A stretch of DNA of 64,000 nucleotides from Marsupella aquatica (lineage: Eukaryota > Plantae > Marchantiophyta), in NCBI GenBank assembly GCA_973895155.1, contig OZ316893.1, positions 27,724,210 to 27,788,209 of the forward strand, in the 5' to 3' direction. The translations under genes and the position numbers were made by a program. Below, piece by piece: positions 1-13,865 of the stretch (position 1 is the first letter of the stretch; every line of letters begins with the position of its first letter). The notes below the pieces were generated by a model. That model did not search any database. It saw only the letters and a list, made by a program, of their open reading frames with translations, and was not told the DNA's origin.

Positions 1-1927
1 AAAGATAGGTTGGTTCAAGTATTTAAGGCACACAAAGTGGAACATGATCAGTACAGCACTGTCACGACTGATTTTGTTGTTGCCAAGGCATGGCAGCAGG
101 TACTCGAGCATTTGCTACGATTATCCTAGCTTGTTTTAATTATTACTTTGGAGCAAAGCAGGATGTGCTATTTGTGGATCAACTTGAGTGTAACAGAGCG
201 ATTGATCATCAGCACTTTCCGTTGCATTTGAGGGGAGACATTTCTATGACATCATATCCCAGGTGAGAAGAAGCCAATTGAAATCTCTCCTTTGTCTGAA
301 GACATGGTCAACGGACTCCAGCAGGGGAATGCCAAGGGGCTGAGAATGTGGATGCCATGAGTGCTAGCCTCAATGCATTAATATCTACATTCTTGGGTGG
401 TCCTGTGGTGCACTGTGCATCATGCAATCTCGGATGGTAGCTGACATAAAGGTGAATCCATTCATTTCAGTCTATGGACATTTGGGCATTATATATTATT
501 CAGTGTACATTTGGTTTCAAAAAGTGTACATTTGGGCAAGCATTTCAGTCATGGCCATTAGACTTACCACCATGTTTATACTAGGCTTCGTAAATGAACT
601 AAGACTAGACTCTTTCTTGGAAAAATCCCTTTTGTCCCCTCAAGTTTACAATTGACCATTTAGGTGTAGAGTAGTGTAATATAGACAGTGTACATTTTAG
701 TGTTAAAAAGTGTATATTGAGAGACCAAAAAATGAACATGTAGGGGCCCTAAAAGTGAACACAAGAAATACACTTTTGATGAATAGAGTGATTCACCTTG
801 AGCTAAATGAATCTCAATGCGCTTAGTTGGTAGACAAGCAAGAGGAGTGAGGAGCTGAAGCAAAGAAAAAACACAAGATGCAGACATGACGGCTCTTGAG
901 CTGGACAATGCCATATTCATGTGACAGACTGCAGAGGCAAATTGTCATGGCTGAGGCGGAATGCCATAGGAAATGGAAGGAAGTTCCGATGTTCCAGAAA
1001 TCCACTATAGCTGCAGAGATCAGGGGCAGTTTCAAGAGTTGAGGACTGATACAGGCAGAGTGGCTGAAACTGTGAAATCACCAACAACCTCAATCATCAA
1101 CAGATCTACAAAAGGAGCTTGATGTGGGCTTACCTTCAAAAGCAGCCAGCCAACAAGAAGCCCTTTCTCCATCCGAGATATTCTGGAACTTTCACCTGCC
1201 GAGAGAGCTATCCAGGATAGATTGCTTGGGGCACATTATTGCAGAGAAGGACCCAAAGGAGGTTTGGATAAGTTGCCGCCTCTTTGGATGTAGATGCCAA
1301 GGAAGTCACAAACGCCAACGAGAGTACAATGCAGGCTCAAGAGCAGATGTCTCGACATTATGAGTGCTCAAAAGAGCTGAAGTTTACCTTCAAATTGTTT
1401 GCATGCCAAGCTTTTTGCAACAGAAATGGTCAGTTGGTACATAGCGTCCTGATTTTTGCTTGGATTCTTGGGTAATTGACAGTTCTTTGCACTCTGTATG
1501 TAATACTTGGGAAAGATCTGACCCTCGATCACTACAAGCTAGCATTCGATTTGGGCCATAATCCCTGGCCTACCCACATTTTCCAGGTGTGCCAACATTT
1601 TATTACTAACCATGATGGTAAAATCACCGTGTGCGGACCTCATTACGCCAGGCCCAATCCCAGCCTGGGACCAGAATGCGCAACCGGTTGTAACCAAATT
1701 CCTTCGTCTGTCTTGGTCCTCAAAGATGGTGACTTGGAGCATGGAGCTGTGTGTGCAACTTGTGGATCTTTAATATACCTGTCTATTTCTTGATGCCCTT
1801 CCTGATTTTTCCCTCTATATTTTCTTTCCCTTCATGATTTTCCCTTTGTATTTTTCAGGGCATCCTGGGAGCAGAAAGCCAAAGTCGAGATCTGGATCAC
1901 TCCTCTTTAGGGAGATTCTCCTCTGCT

Positions 1928-2112
1928 TTTACTAAAGTCTAAGAAACAAGATCTATCAGATCTTTAAGTGTAGTAAGATCCTGTTTCGAAGACGTCATAG
2001 CCCCTCAAAACACAAAGCTTTTACTAAAAGTAAAAGAAAACAGAATCTATGGGAGCTTTAAGTGTAGTAAGGTCCTGTTTCTCAGACATCATGGGCAATA
2101 ATAGCCCCTCAA
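1928..2112. repeat. Imperfect direct duplication of a ~90-bp unit
   Basis: TTTACTAAA(A)GT..AAGAAA..GATCTAT...TTTAAGTGTAGTAAG.TCCTGTTT...ATAGCCCCTCAA occurs twice in tandem. Confidence 0.7.
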
Positions 2113-2171
2113 GACTCAAGCTGACGCTCTCTCTTTTTGGAGCATTATATCTCACATATCTCTCCTGACCA

Positions 2172-3765
2172 TCTACTTACATAATATGCAATGCCGCCAA
2201 AAATTTATTTAGTCTGCTTACAAATTTGCAAAGGGAGGGGAAAAATTGGCAATTTTTAAAAATAATTTTGTGTACTCTTGGATTAATTGACCAAGAGTGT
2301 CAAATAATATACAGTGTATATGAGATGATTATGTGAAGTCACCTAAAATGTGTCTTTTTCTTCAAGTATTAAAGTAGACACCTTTCCCATGTGGACACCA
2401 GTCATTGAGTTTGCACTCTTGTGGTGTTTAACACTTTTCCCTTTTTCTTCTTCCTTTTTTAGGGTTGCACTTGCTTTTCTTTTTCCTTGTTTGGTGTTTG
2501 TCCTCTTTGGGCCTCTTTTTCTTTTCTTCCCATTCATTGTACTTTATTTATTCCTGATATATAAATTTTGGTGGATGTTTATTATTATTGGAAGGAGAAC
2601 CTTTTGAGGCATGACAAAGTTTTGGATTTTTGCATAGAGTATGAGTATGAGACTTTAGAAACTAGAAAATGGGTTAATTTTGCTTTTGTCTCCCTCTTTT
2701 CTCTTCTCTTTATTTAATTGTGCATTTTGTTTTGTTTATTTAATGGTGCCAAAGCCGTGCCAAAGGTGAGAAAAGGTGGGAGGGATTGAGTGGCAGGAAG
2801 TGAAGAAATAGGGCAAAGGGGGAGAGAAAATTAAAATGTTCCCCTCCTAATAGCACTGTGCAACAACATATTGACCTCACAAAGCCCTGGGGGCCATCAG
2901 TTCTCTTGCGCTCCCTGTCACCGTCCCACACCCTTGCTCTCCCATAGCTTTCACAACAATAACATGTTTTTCAAGAATAAAATAAAGATGCTAAAGTGAA
3001 GGCAACTGATTTTATATTTTCTGATTTATTTTATTTGTTGTACCTTTTGACAAACGGTCCCAAATTTTGTTATTCCATCTAAGCCTCCAACTTACATTTT
3101 AAAAAACTTTTTAAAGAATGCTCCTTTAGTGAAGGTCAATAAGATTAAGCTCCCAACAATTGTCTCCATGTTTGCTTGACATGCATGCCCCTTCCATTAG
3201 TCTCACTTTTGCGCTAAATTTTTTTTTCCTTAGTCGGGAGCCCAACTCTTCACCCCCATTTGCATCTTATGTCCCCACTTTGTTCTGTCTTTTGTATCGT
3301 CAACAATAAAGATTTCTTGCCCAATTCTTGCTCGTGTACTCTCACTACCCATTTGCCTCAACATTTTTGTCTTGCTTCAATATCTTTACCTCACCTCAAC
3401 ATTTTGCCTTACCTTGACATGGCTGCAACAACTATATGGCAACAATGACACATAACATGCCTCAACATCTATCTCACAAAGTCTATGTGTTCTTGCTTCA
3501 CCTTGACATCTTTGCCTTGCCCCAACCTTGGCCCCAACATCATTTTTTTTGCGTCAACATCTTTTCTTGCCTCAATGTCTTTGCCCTCCCTTGACATCTT
3601 TATTTGGGCTTGAGAACAATCATCTTTTCTCGCCTCAATATCTTTGCCTTTCCTTGACATCTTTTCTTTTCCTCAACACCGTTTTTTCACTTTCACATTG
3701 TTTCTCTCTTTCACATCTTTTGCTCACCTTGACATCTTCTGTGCAACGCACGTGTATTGGGCTAG
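2172..3765 (+). mobile_element. Non-autonomous Helitron, copy 1
   Basis: 5' A|TCTACTTACATAATATGCAATGCCGCC; 3' hairpin GTGCAACGCAC then GGGCTAG|T; no TSD; inserted at A|T; extensive similarity to 34334-36575; internal TTGACATCTTTT minisatellite. Confidence 0.8.
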
Positions 3766-6591
3766 TACTGTAATGTACATTTGGAGACACCACTCAAGAA
3801 AGAAAATATGATGCAAAATGCACACCAAAAAATATTGTGCCCAGTTCATTTTGACTGTATGGGTGTCTTCCACTCGCTCAATTCAGTACATGAGATGCAA
3901 GATTATAAAGGAATATGTACTGTTTCATGGTTTTGTGGACAAAATATTGTAGGATTTGCACAATGCAAGGAAGCTAAACAATTGAATTGCATAGTTGCAA
4001 GGGGAGGTATTCTAACTCCTTTTGTGCATAAAATATTCTACTACTTGTGCAATCCAAAGAAAATACTTCACAATTGTATTGCACAAATGGTCCAAATCAA
4101 TTGCGTGGACCAAATATTCTAGTACTTGCCCAATGCAAAGAAAGCTAGTTCTTTAAATTGAATTTGAGCAAGTTCCAACTCATTTTGTGTATCAACAAAT
4201 ATTCTACATCAGTCACCGCCATTAGTCTTATGTCACAAATACCGTTTCACTCAATTAGTGTTAGTAAGTCTAAATCAAGTGAAGACGTGTTATACAAGAG
4301 AATAACAGTAATTCTGGATCTTTTGTAACTGTAAATAGTATTTGTGGTTTAACAATTATGAATATTTTTTCCCCATTAAAGAATAGTAATGTATTGATTT
4401 GCTGTGTTCATTTGTTTGATGAACATGAATTTTGATTGACTGGTCCATTTTGCAATGGGGATTCAGCAAATTTAGTTTTTCCAGGACCCTAAAGTTTTAA
4501 TTTCAGACCCCACTAGAGGTCCCTTCCAAAATTTGAGACTCCACAGCACGCCACATCATCGAGATGCGCCGCAAACAGGTACGGATTGGTTTACAAAATA
4601 AAATTGCTTCAACATTCGTGTCTGTGGCATGATTTTGGTAAAATTGAGGACACCATGCCGTAAACCGTGATGTAAAACTGTTTTAAAAATAACCATTTTA
4701 TTTACCCTAGGTAACAGACTGTTCAATTAGTAGGAGGCCCACCTTCCGTTTTTTTTACCCTGAGTAACCGCTGCCCACCCGCATTTTGAATTGTGTTTCA
4801 ATTGAATAATAACTAAATCTCTCTCAGCAAGTTGATCTGATGACAAAGTAATCGTGACAATTTTCTCGACCTTCTGTTGCCACGAAGGAAGAAGTGGACA
4901 TGATTCTATGTTGGATCACTCAGCACTCCTTTCCATGGCGTCATCATTGCAGTTCCTAACTCGGTGATGCCTCTCGCTACTGTTAGATTGTCCAACGCAT
5001 GAGGCACGAGCGAACGAAAGAGAAACAAGCTTAGCAGGGTTCAGTAAGGGCCTTGTCTACGTGCAGATGGTGTTGAAGAGCCTAGGCATGAAAGAAGGAC
5101 ATAGTTATAAGAAGTGTCTGCAGATGATCAAGGGAGTCAATGTGGACGTTAATGGGAAGGGGGTCCACAAACTAATTTACTATCACAAATGATGCTTTGC
5201 AGACACGGTGAATTAATCTTACCTAAACACTTTATTTATTATTAATCACATTCTATTTGATGCCCATGTAAATAGCGTCCCCTCCAAACTTAACATTGGT
5301 AACTAAGGCTGAATGGTTTAATAGTACTTGCGCAATGAAAAGATAGTCCCTTACAATGAATTGTGCAATTGGCATAGCACAGTCCCCAAGCACTATGGTA
5401 TAAAGGTTGGTCAAGCACACTAGCTTTTAAGTTTAGGGTCCACAGAAATGGATGTTTTGTAATATAGCCCACAAGCCCTATGCCCTATGGTGCAAGGAGG
5501 GCCAGCCCATAGGGAGTCTGGCCCGGGTATTTATGGGGTTATGGGACAACGGAAAACACATATGTGCTAGGGGTCCATATTTCCTCCATCAATGGTCAGC
5601 GAAAATACCCAATCCAGCTAGGGATCTTTCTCGCACAATAGCTTTTTTGTAATGGGACTCAGGACCAAAAAAGAAGAGGTGGGAAGACCGGTCGATAAGA
5701 CCAGTTATGTTTGGCCTATTCTGACTAAAGTCTTCAGTCAAATGGAAAAGTGTGGAGTCAACAAACTACGTGACATGACAGTGTCCATCGCTTGATTTCC
5801 GGTGGCAATAATTATGGAATCGCAGGCGTTCTTGACATCTGGGAATAGATCCGGAGCGAGATATCGATCAGCTCGCTATATATGCGGAGAAGGAATGCTG
5901 TCTGTCGAAGACTCTACTGTAGCTTTTATGAAAAGCTGGTTCCCTTTAGTCCCTGCAAAAGTCTGGATTAGTTACCTGCAATTGGCTTCACGCATTGTCA
6001 TGCTTGTGCAGTCATGTTTTCACCAATCATCTGCACTTAGGTAATATCCGTGGAGCACCTGCCAACAAGTCTTTGGGCAGGAGAAAATGGAAATTAAACC
6101 GTTACTTTATGTAACAAGAAAGAAGGATACAGCGACCACGGTCTGACCAAAACTGAGAAAACAAAGCAGACCAGAGAAACCGATTCCAGGAAATTCCAAG
6201 AAATTCGTTCATGCCGAGAAGACTTCGAAGGATCAAAAGAGAACAAATGCACTAAATGGGGTCAGCAAAGTACAACCAAAACCGGAAAAGTCTAAGAACC
6301 GCCAGAAAGCTAACAGACAACAGTACTGACCTTCGGTGCGGTAATCTGACAAATCAGCTGAGGATTGTTCATCCTGCCTGTGAATTCAACCCAGAGAATT
6401 CAACCCAGAGAAGTAGTTTGAGGGAGGATACAAGTGCGAACAGTTAGCAACCAAAACAATATAGAGGACACGGTGGTGGTTGGTTTTGTCGAGTGAGGTT
6501 TAGGTCGAAAGAAATGTTGCCGTGCGGTCAATGTGTTTGCAATACCCTCAGAACATAAATTGGGAACGGCAATGAATGCGGGGATCAAAAT

Positions 6592-6803
6592 GTAATTTCT
6601 TGAGCTTATCACAGAGTTTAAGCATGTTTCGGAAGGAACGCAGACGCTACAAGATTGTTGACAGAAGCCTTTGGCGTGAAAATACCCTCAAACCTGTAAC
6701 TTCTTGAGTTTTTCACAAAGGTTGAGCATGTTTCGGAAGGAACCCAGACGCTACAACATTGTTGTCAGAAGCCTTTGCCCTAAAAATACCCTCAAACCTG
6801 CAA
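6592..6803. repeat. Tandem duplication, 2 x ~104 bp
   Basis: GCATGTTTCGGAAGGAAC.CAGACGCTACAA.ATTGTTG.CAGAAGCCTTTG...AAAATACCCTCAAACCTG repeated twice. Confidence 0.8.
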
Positions 6804-8339
6804 ACAGTAGCCTGCAAAGAGGTGAGGAGAAGGGAGTTTTGCAATTCTGTTTTAAATTTCTGGGTGTGGCTTCAAGGCGATATTGATCTCGTAATCATTT
6901 CTCGATAACACAACCGAATGACGATAATTTGCGTCTGTTACATCCAATCATGCATTTGCTGGAGCTTCTGTAAAATATGTAGAACAGATCAAGGTGAATT
7001 GACCTCGGCAGTTTCCTTGCTCTGCTCCGTGCCTACGAGTAGAGAATCTAAATTCAAGCCACACAAGCCCATCTTGCATGCGGAAAACGGAACCAAATCA
7101 CACCGAAAAACTGTTTGAAAACTTGTCACGAGCAGCTGTGGGATGTAGTGAATTTCATACTCCTTTCATTTTCAAAAAAACCTAGCAACATTCACTAAAC
7201 GGGATCGATTCACTGCAGAAACAGAAAATATGTAGACTATGAAGCTCCCACTCAGCTGGAGTACAAAGAGGCATCCGTCAAAACCATATTTACATGCCAT
7301 CCCACCAGTCAACTAGAGTAACTGGCTCAAATTCCCATACCGATTGTTCCCATTAAAAATTGTAAACAACTGATTGCAATCTGGTCCAGTATTTTTTCCA
7401 CTGGATGTTATTCTAAGACGGCGCTGAGGAATACAGAATTCCAGAACGGTGGGCCACACCAAGAACAGAGAACTATTATTCTTCCATCAGCAACAAAGAG
7501 CGACGCAGATGATTCCAAGGTATACACCGTCCATCTAAATGCGTCCAGCGCCGCAAGTGAGAGTGCCCCCACATATGAACAGAAGTCGATCGGGTCCAAC
7601 CACACCGGCTGCCAGAAACATCGCCAATACCACCGTCACCACCAAGACGACCACGATCGAACAGTCTCTTGATCAACCTAAGCAAGATCCACCTTTGTTA
7701 CGCTCGAGCTAACCTTGGTCTGACCTGTGTTCCCTCTAGCCCAACGAAGGTCGGACTACAACTAAAGAGCTGTAGCTCCCGGTGAGCAAATCAACCACGG
7801 CAGGAAAGAGCAGCAGGAATCAACCAGACCTCTGTAAACCTCAGTTGGTGATACACCAGAAGCAGAGCCGCAGGGTCAGATTTGTCATCCGTGCCTTGGT
7901 GGAAGAATGGGAATCTTCAAGCCCCAAGTGGACAGATTTCTGCGCCACGATGCAGACCATGAAAGAAACTCCCTTGCTTCCCTTCTAAGTCCTTCTAAGT
8001 CTAAGTTCGGAATTTGTTTTTGTGTACAATCATGTCATTATACATGCCGTCCGAAGCATCTTTACAGACGAGTTGTGCAGCATGGAGTCGTTGGAGCATT
8101 GTAAATGAGATGGATTTCGGAGAATAAGGGCAGGAGGAGGAGGCTGTTGAGGTTACGATAAGCCATGGAAAAAACTGTACGGTGAATGAAGCCTTGTATG
8201 CTTCTGTGTGGAATCTTGTTTGATGCCGCGATTCCACTCGGCTGTTGTCTGTTACTGATGAAGAAAAACCCAAAGCATGGAGACAGTATGATGTTCAACT
8301 CGGGCCTATGGTAATCTCGGTCGAGGTTTATGGTAATCT

Positions 8340-9557
8340 CTAAGAGCAGATCATATCGCATTCGGCCGCCGGCTCGGTCGATTCTTTGACCCCCGCTGGA
8401 ACCGTGGCGGGATCGACGCCAGCGGCTGTCAGGATGGCCTCGTTCGAAACATGGTCACCAAAGTTCGTTTGCCTGTGGTCCAGCAATATTTCGCCTCCTT
8501 TGGCAAAAACGAATGTTGCTCCCAATTGCCTGCAACACCGAAAAATTGGAGCGGGCTCGTAATTGGCGGATGAGGTGGGCCTGTTAATTTACAGAATATT
8601 TGGAAATGATGTGGACTCCTGAATTGTTGTGTTCCTTTCGGGACGATTTACACAAAACGCTCTTAATGTGATCCTTTTGTGGGACCAATTTCTATTGTTA
8701 GTTCTAAGTGGTAGAACAATGATACAAGATTACGAGAAAGCACTGAGCTTCCTTCATAAACAAGCTGACAGACCTGCCATCGCCTTTGTAGTTATGAGGC
8801 ACCTCCTTGGTTTTCTTGAAGGCTGTACTGACGTCTTTGTTCAGAGCGATGTCCTTGAGAGCTGTGAAGATTGACACTGGCTTCACGTCCAGCGCCTTGA
8901 GAGCTTTTTTCCCGTTATCAACATATAGCTCACCCTTCCAAAAATTGCCCGCTTGGAAATCCTCCACACCGAACTTCTCCACTCCTGGATGGTGACAAAT
9001 CATACATCGCTGTTACTCCAAAAAGCTAACTATCTTCATCACGAGCGAGCAATTCGTAGTGCTGCAGTGAAAAATTCAACGCAGCCTATGACTGCGATTA
9101 TACAGAACCAAGTACTTGACGCAACAGCATATGGAACAGCCACTGAATGAGTCCCAAAAGCCATACCTATGGCCACAACTCGAAAACCTTTAGCTTCAAG
9201 GGTTGGTACGATCTGCTCGAGTTCTAAGGCATGTCCTCTGCAGAGCTGACATCCAAACCTTCGGAGGAAATGAACCACGACGCCCTGCACTTGCCATGGA
9301 AACCATAGTTACCACCAAGAACATGCTAGACGATTGAACTGCAACTCCAGCCAGCTCAATGGAGTTACGATTGGAGAAAATACTCACTTAGCGACATGAT
9401 GTTAATGTCGGACTGTAGGAGGGGTCCTGTTAGTTTGTGTTAGCGTGCTCACCTGATTCTCCCACAACGACTTAATCTGTATCGACTCGGCTTCAATGGG
9501 TCCTTGAACTTTCTCGATTTCGACGTCCCCAATCGTGTCGGCTACCGTCTTGCCCAT
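8340..9557 (-). CDS. Peroxiredoxin-like 2 / AhpC-TSA_2 family thioredoxin-fold oxidoreductase (prostamide/prostaglandin F synthase PRXL2B-like), 207 aa, 4 exons: 9557-9453, 9284-9167, 8984-8774, 8529-8340
   Basis: GT-AG introns with consistent phases give a 624-nt ORF: MGKTVADT...SLWENQ|GVVVHFLRRFGCQLCR...VVAIG|VEKFGVEDFQAGNFWKGELYVD...YKGDGR|QLGATFVFAKGGEILLDHRQTNFGDHVSNEAIL...ECDMICS*. The LRRFGCxxCR, FxGELYVD and GDxxQxGxTFV motifs are typical of the family. Confidence 0.9.
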
Positions 9558-10720
9558 TGTCCCCAACGGTTACTGCACTAAACGTTCAACATAATAAGAA
9601 TTTGAGTCTCTCCAGTCCCAACACAAAGCAAACCTAAAGCGTAACTTATGATAGCGCCAAGCTCCGATCATGTCGTATCAGGGAGGTCAAAGCACAATCC
9701 ACACTCCAACATTCATGAGTTTGTATCTCCCAGAGCGGGTTATATCTTGTTCTGGCATCAATTTCCGTCCCTGGAATGAACCAAGCTGTTTCTATCCATA
9801 CCGGCGATATATTTCTCACAAGAAGAGTCCCAAACCGGAAATATTGCTTGTCCATTTTTGAAGTGAACTAACTTGTTTGCATGAACACAATATGGACTGA
9901 GCCTGCCATAAGTCGTCTCTACGATTGGATCATGTCCGACCAGAAGCACCCGACAGTGAACCGAGGACACAGAAAGCCAATGAAAGCAAGAGAAACTTCA
10001 ACAGTGGACAGGGGAACAACAGAAAGTTCAAGCAAGAAAAATCCAACCAGCGTTGATCCCAAGTACACAAGTGCTAGAGGCTAACACCCACCGCTACAGA
10101 GGCAAACGCGACAAGCAAGAAACATCCACGGGCAAAGGAGACCTTCCAGTGAATAATCGGTACATCGAAATCAGATTATGAAGATGGACACCATCTTGAA
10201 CGGGGTGAGCCGATCTAATGAAGGTGGAAAGGACCATATCAGAAAGTACCTCAGAGTAGAGCGATAATAAGGGAGAGTAACTGCTGTACTGGACACAGTT
10301 CTGTCAAATCTGAAAAAAACTTGGGGTACGCAGAGCGCAAAGAGCCCTTGCTGGGCCTTCTTCTCGATGGACAGGAGAGGAAAGGTATCGAAGTACAGTA
10401 TCGGACACTACGCTGCCTCAACCGTTTAGATTGAATGCCACACTCCAAAGTTCCGTGGCATGGGAGTAGTATTCGACCCATATAAAGCACAACAACGGTG
10501 TGTTGTCGACTACGGCAAGTGATTCGAAGTCTCTGCATGCTGGATCGTAAAAAAGTGCTTTGCGGGGGGAGTTGGATGTAGGCCCATTCTGGATCATTCG
10601 GTCTACGTATTCCTCCCACGTGGCCCGCAAGAATTCGTCGAGATTCAGTTACCGTAACCGGTTGACCAGATGTGGAATGCGACAGAGAGCCAGTTCTATA
10701 CTTCTATGTCTACAGACTGT

Positions 10721-10800
10721 AGGTGCTTACACTTTCAAACCTAGGACCCAATAAAGCAGCAGGTGCTTACACTTCCAAAATTAGGACCCCATAAAGCAGG
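10721..10800. repeat. Tandem duplication, 2 x 40 bp
   Basis: AGGTGCTTACACTT.CAAA..TAGGACCC.ATAAAGCAG twice. Confidence 0.8.
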
Positions 10801-12097
10801 GAACAATCCATTGATCACATGACCACACGCGGCACGATGGCCAGCGCTCTCATTGGCCCCAACAGAGCTTGCAAGGGACGCGCGTTGTACAATTTGGTGC
10901 AATAAAGGCGGCACCAACTTTGGTACAGCTGCAACCCTCCACGCAGTACTCTACCATGATAAAAGCGCTGTAGAAGTCCCAAAATCGAATCCTTCAAGAA
11001 CACCTTCCTGTGAAGGGCCGTGTCCTGTGAAGAAACCGGTAATAAAGCAAGTACTGTATATTTGATAGCGATATGATGTCGGTCCTACACAATACTCTAT
11101 GAAGCTCACCTGCTGTTCAGCTGTTGGCTTCTCCTGAATGCTTGTGTGCTCCCGGAAAGGGGATGGTGTTCTGTGCATACGACCAAATTGCCATAGTCTT
11201 CACTCTTCGTGGACCACAACCGTGACGAGCTACAGCATTATTTTGTTTAGCCGTTCTCAAAATGTGAACACCATGACTGTGGGGATGTGGCTGGAAACGT
11301 CCAATAAATGTCGTCAAGTATCTTCTCCTGATTTCCGAAATAGGCGGACCATGGCACGCAAACTGAAATTGGCAGATCTCAGTTGGAAGGTCTCTTCCCA
11401 GCGACCCTGGACGGGCCCACGCTTGGAAAGAAACCCCTCACGAGGCAGGAAAGTACTTGACCAGTCCCCTCCAGCATTTTGTGTACCACAAACATGGATT
11501 TTGAACTTGTGTACCACAAACATGTCATTTATATAGCAAAAGCTGAATACTTTTACAATTCCCTTAGAATCTGTGAACTTACTTGAAGAAGGTACCTAGC
11601 TTAGGACTGTTTGGTTTAAACTTTGCTACAGGAAAGAAAAGTGGACAATTGTAGATTATAGTTTGTAAATATTATATTTGAGGATATAGGATTGAGCGTC
11701 CAAACTTCCAAAAATTATTCAGTAAGTAGCCTGAATGTTAGAGATCACACCAAAGTTAGCACTTTCAGCTCAAAAACAATTCATTTAGTCATCCAATGAA
11801 ATGTTGGGGTTTATCCAAAATTAAGATTTTGTATGTTTTGTGGCGCCCCACGTGAGTCAAGTGTAGGTGCCCTGTGCAGCGGAGATAGACCTAACGAGAG
11901 CTACTGCAGAGATACTATATTTTTTGGATGACAGTCTACCGTCCAAAGGGTCTGATCAAGTCCTGAATCCATCTTTGTGGTCAATCAAATTCACAAGATT
12001 CTAGAGGGGCCTGGTTAAGTCCTTTCTTGCTCACGAGGCCCCAACTTTGAAAAAGGACTTTCTGGGCCCCCCTGCCCACTCCTACCTAAGTTTGCTA

Positions 12098-12528
12098 GAA
12101 CATAAACCAAGACTCTATCATTAATCATGATTGACTAGACTTTGCCCGGACACTTAGACTCTACTACTAAACAGGCATGAATCCATTGGAAATAAGTGTC
12201 GCCAAAACATAAGCCACGACTCCGTAAAGAAGAAGTATTTGGCAAAACATTAACCAAGACTATCAATATTGACTTTTAACCAAAGTACTAGGCTCTACAA
12301 CACTTAGACTCTGTTACAAAGCAAACTTGACTCTGTTGGAAAGAAATGTTGTCAGAATATAAACCAAGACTCCACAAGGAAGAAGTTGATGACACAAGTC
12401 AATCGGGCCGGAGGAGACGACAACAAGTGAAAGGTGCCAAAACATAAACCCGAAATCAATGACACAAAGTTGATCGGGCCGGAGCGGGTGACAAAATGGT
12501 AGTCAGAGTCTTAGTTTATGTTTTGGCA
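12098..12528. repeat. Cluster of AAACATAAACCAAGACTC-like motifs, possibly subterminal repeats of a decayed DNA transposon
   Basis: About five direct copies plus one inverted copy (GAGTCTTAGTTTATGTTTTGG, ~12507-12527); no termini resolved. Confidence 0.4.
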
Positions 12529-13347
12529 AACTCTGACAAGAGCAGGCAATTAACAGCCTCGGGGATTTGGGACGGGCAATGTACGGAGACCCAGGAAGAT
12601 GGGGGAACATTAATGCTTGTAGATTTAATGCACAGTTCTAATGTCCCCTCCATTGCAGTGTACGCTGCACTATATTACCCACCTTCCTGTCAGGGCAGAG
12701 GGTACGCTGTGTTCTCCCCATGTGTTCTCTAATTGAAGGAATATGACCAAACTTTGCTTCTTTGTGTTGATTTTCACTTGGATTAAAAAGGGAAACATAA
12801 ATGGAGCTCAAGAGTACTAGCTTTGTAGAGTATGGTGCAATAGTACATCAGAAGGTTTAATGGAGAATTGGTGACAATAGGGTGTACCGTGTTCGGTGCT
12901 CACCCTGACGAGCAGGGAAACAGGGAAAAGGGGCCCCAAGAAGTTTTTTTTCAAAGTTTAGGGTTTAGGGCATTAGGGGTCTCATGGGGGGTTTCTTTCA
13001 CTGGAGGGCCCCATCAAGTCTTTTCCTCCTCTTTTTCACCTCTATCTAGATCATTCATGGGTGAATAAAAAATGGCATTCTGCACTTTTCATGGAGCCCT
13101 GTGTCGGGGAGTCAAACCAGATGTAAACTCTTGTGGATTTACTGTATTTTCAGAACTTTAGAAAGCCCACCATCAGACAGGTCTGGTCAAGTCCTAATCC
13201 ATCCCCTTTGGTGTCCTGCAGGGGGGGGGGGGGGCGGTTCAGTCCTTTGTACTATGTGTACTATTGGCTGTGTTTCTTCTTTATGGCAAGGTTAATATGG
13301 CAGAAAACAACATTGTGAGAAGAGCTGTCATGAGTGGAGCTCCTCCA

Positions 13348-13673
13348 TGTGGGGAGAAATCAGATCAGGAAAAACACTCCAAACATGCACGTGCTCAATA
13401 GTTACGTGGTTCGCCTCAAGGTTGGCTACGTCCACGGGAAGACCAAGCTTTATTAGCGGTTATGTGTGTACTCAAGCATCACCATAACTCTCATCTCTTC
13501 AAGCTCTCATCTCTTGCTATATCCCTGTGTTCTCTCTTGAGAACTCTCTTGTGTGTGTTCTCACACCACATACAAGTTGAAGAGATAAGGATCAATCTCT
13601 TCAACTAGGGTTTACTCTAACCCTAGTTAACATCCTAACCATAGTTCAACCCAAGACTGAGTTAACCTCTACA
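13348..13673 (-). repeat. 3' LTR of the copia element (326 bp)
   Basis: TGTGGGGAGAAAT...CCTCTACA; differs from the other LTR by 2 substitutions and 1 indel on visual alignment. Confidence 0.97.
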
Positions 13674-13684
13674 AACTCCCCCTT
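13674..13684 (-). other. Polypurine tract of the copia element
   Basis: Minus strand AAGGGGGAGTT directly abuts the 3' LTR. Confidence 0.9.
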
Positions 13685-13865
13685 GACTCACGTCTTGGGA
13701 GGGTTCATAATATTGTCTTTTCCTTACAAGTTCCTCCGCGGGAAGTTCAAGACAGTAAGGCCAAAAGGCCCTTCCCCTAATGCAAGGGTTAACTAGAACT
13801 AAGCCGTAGCCGATAAACCATCGGATGGAGTACTCATATAGAGACATTTTCTTGGTTAACTCTAT

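Noticed and set aside
12957-12970. Telomere-like TTTAGGG pair (similar short run at ~30002-30017)
   Set aside because: Only about two units; too short to call an interstitial telomere
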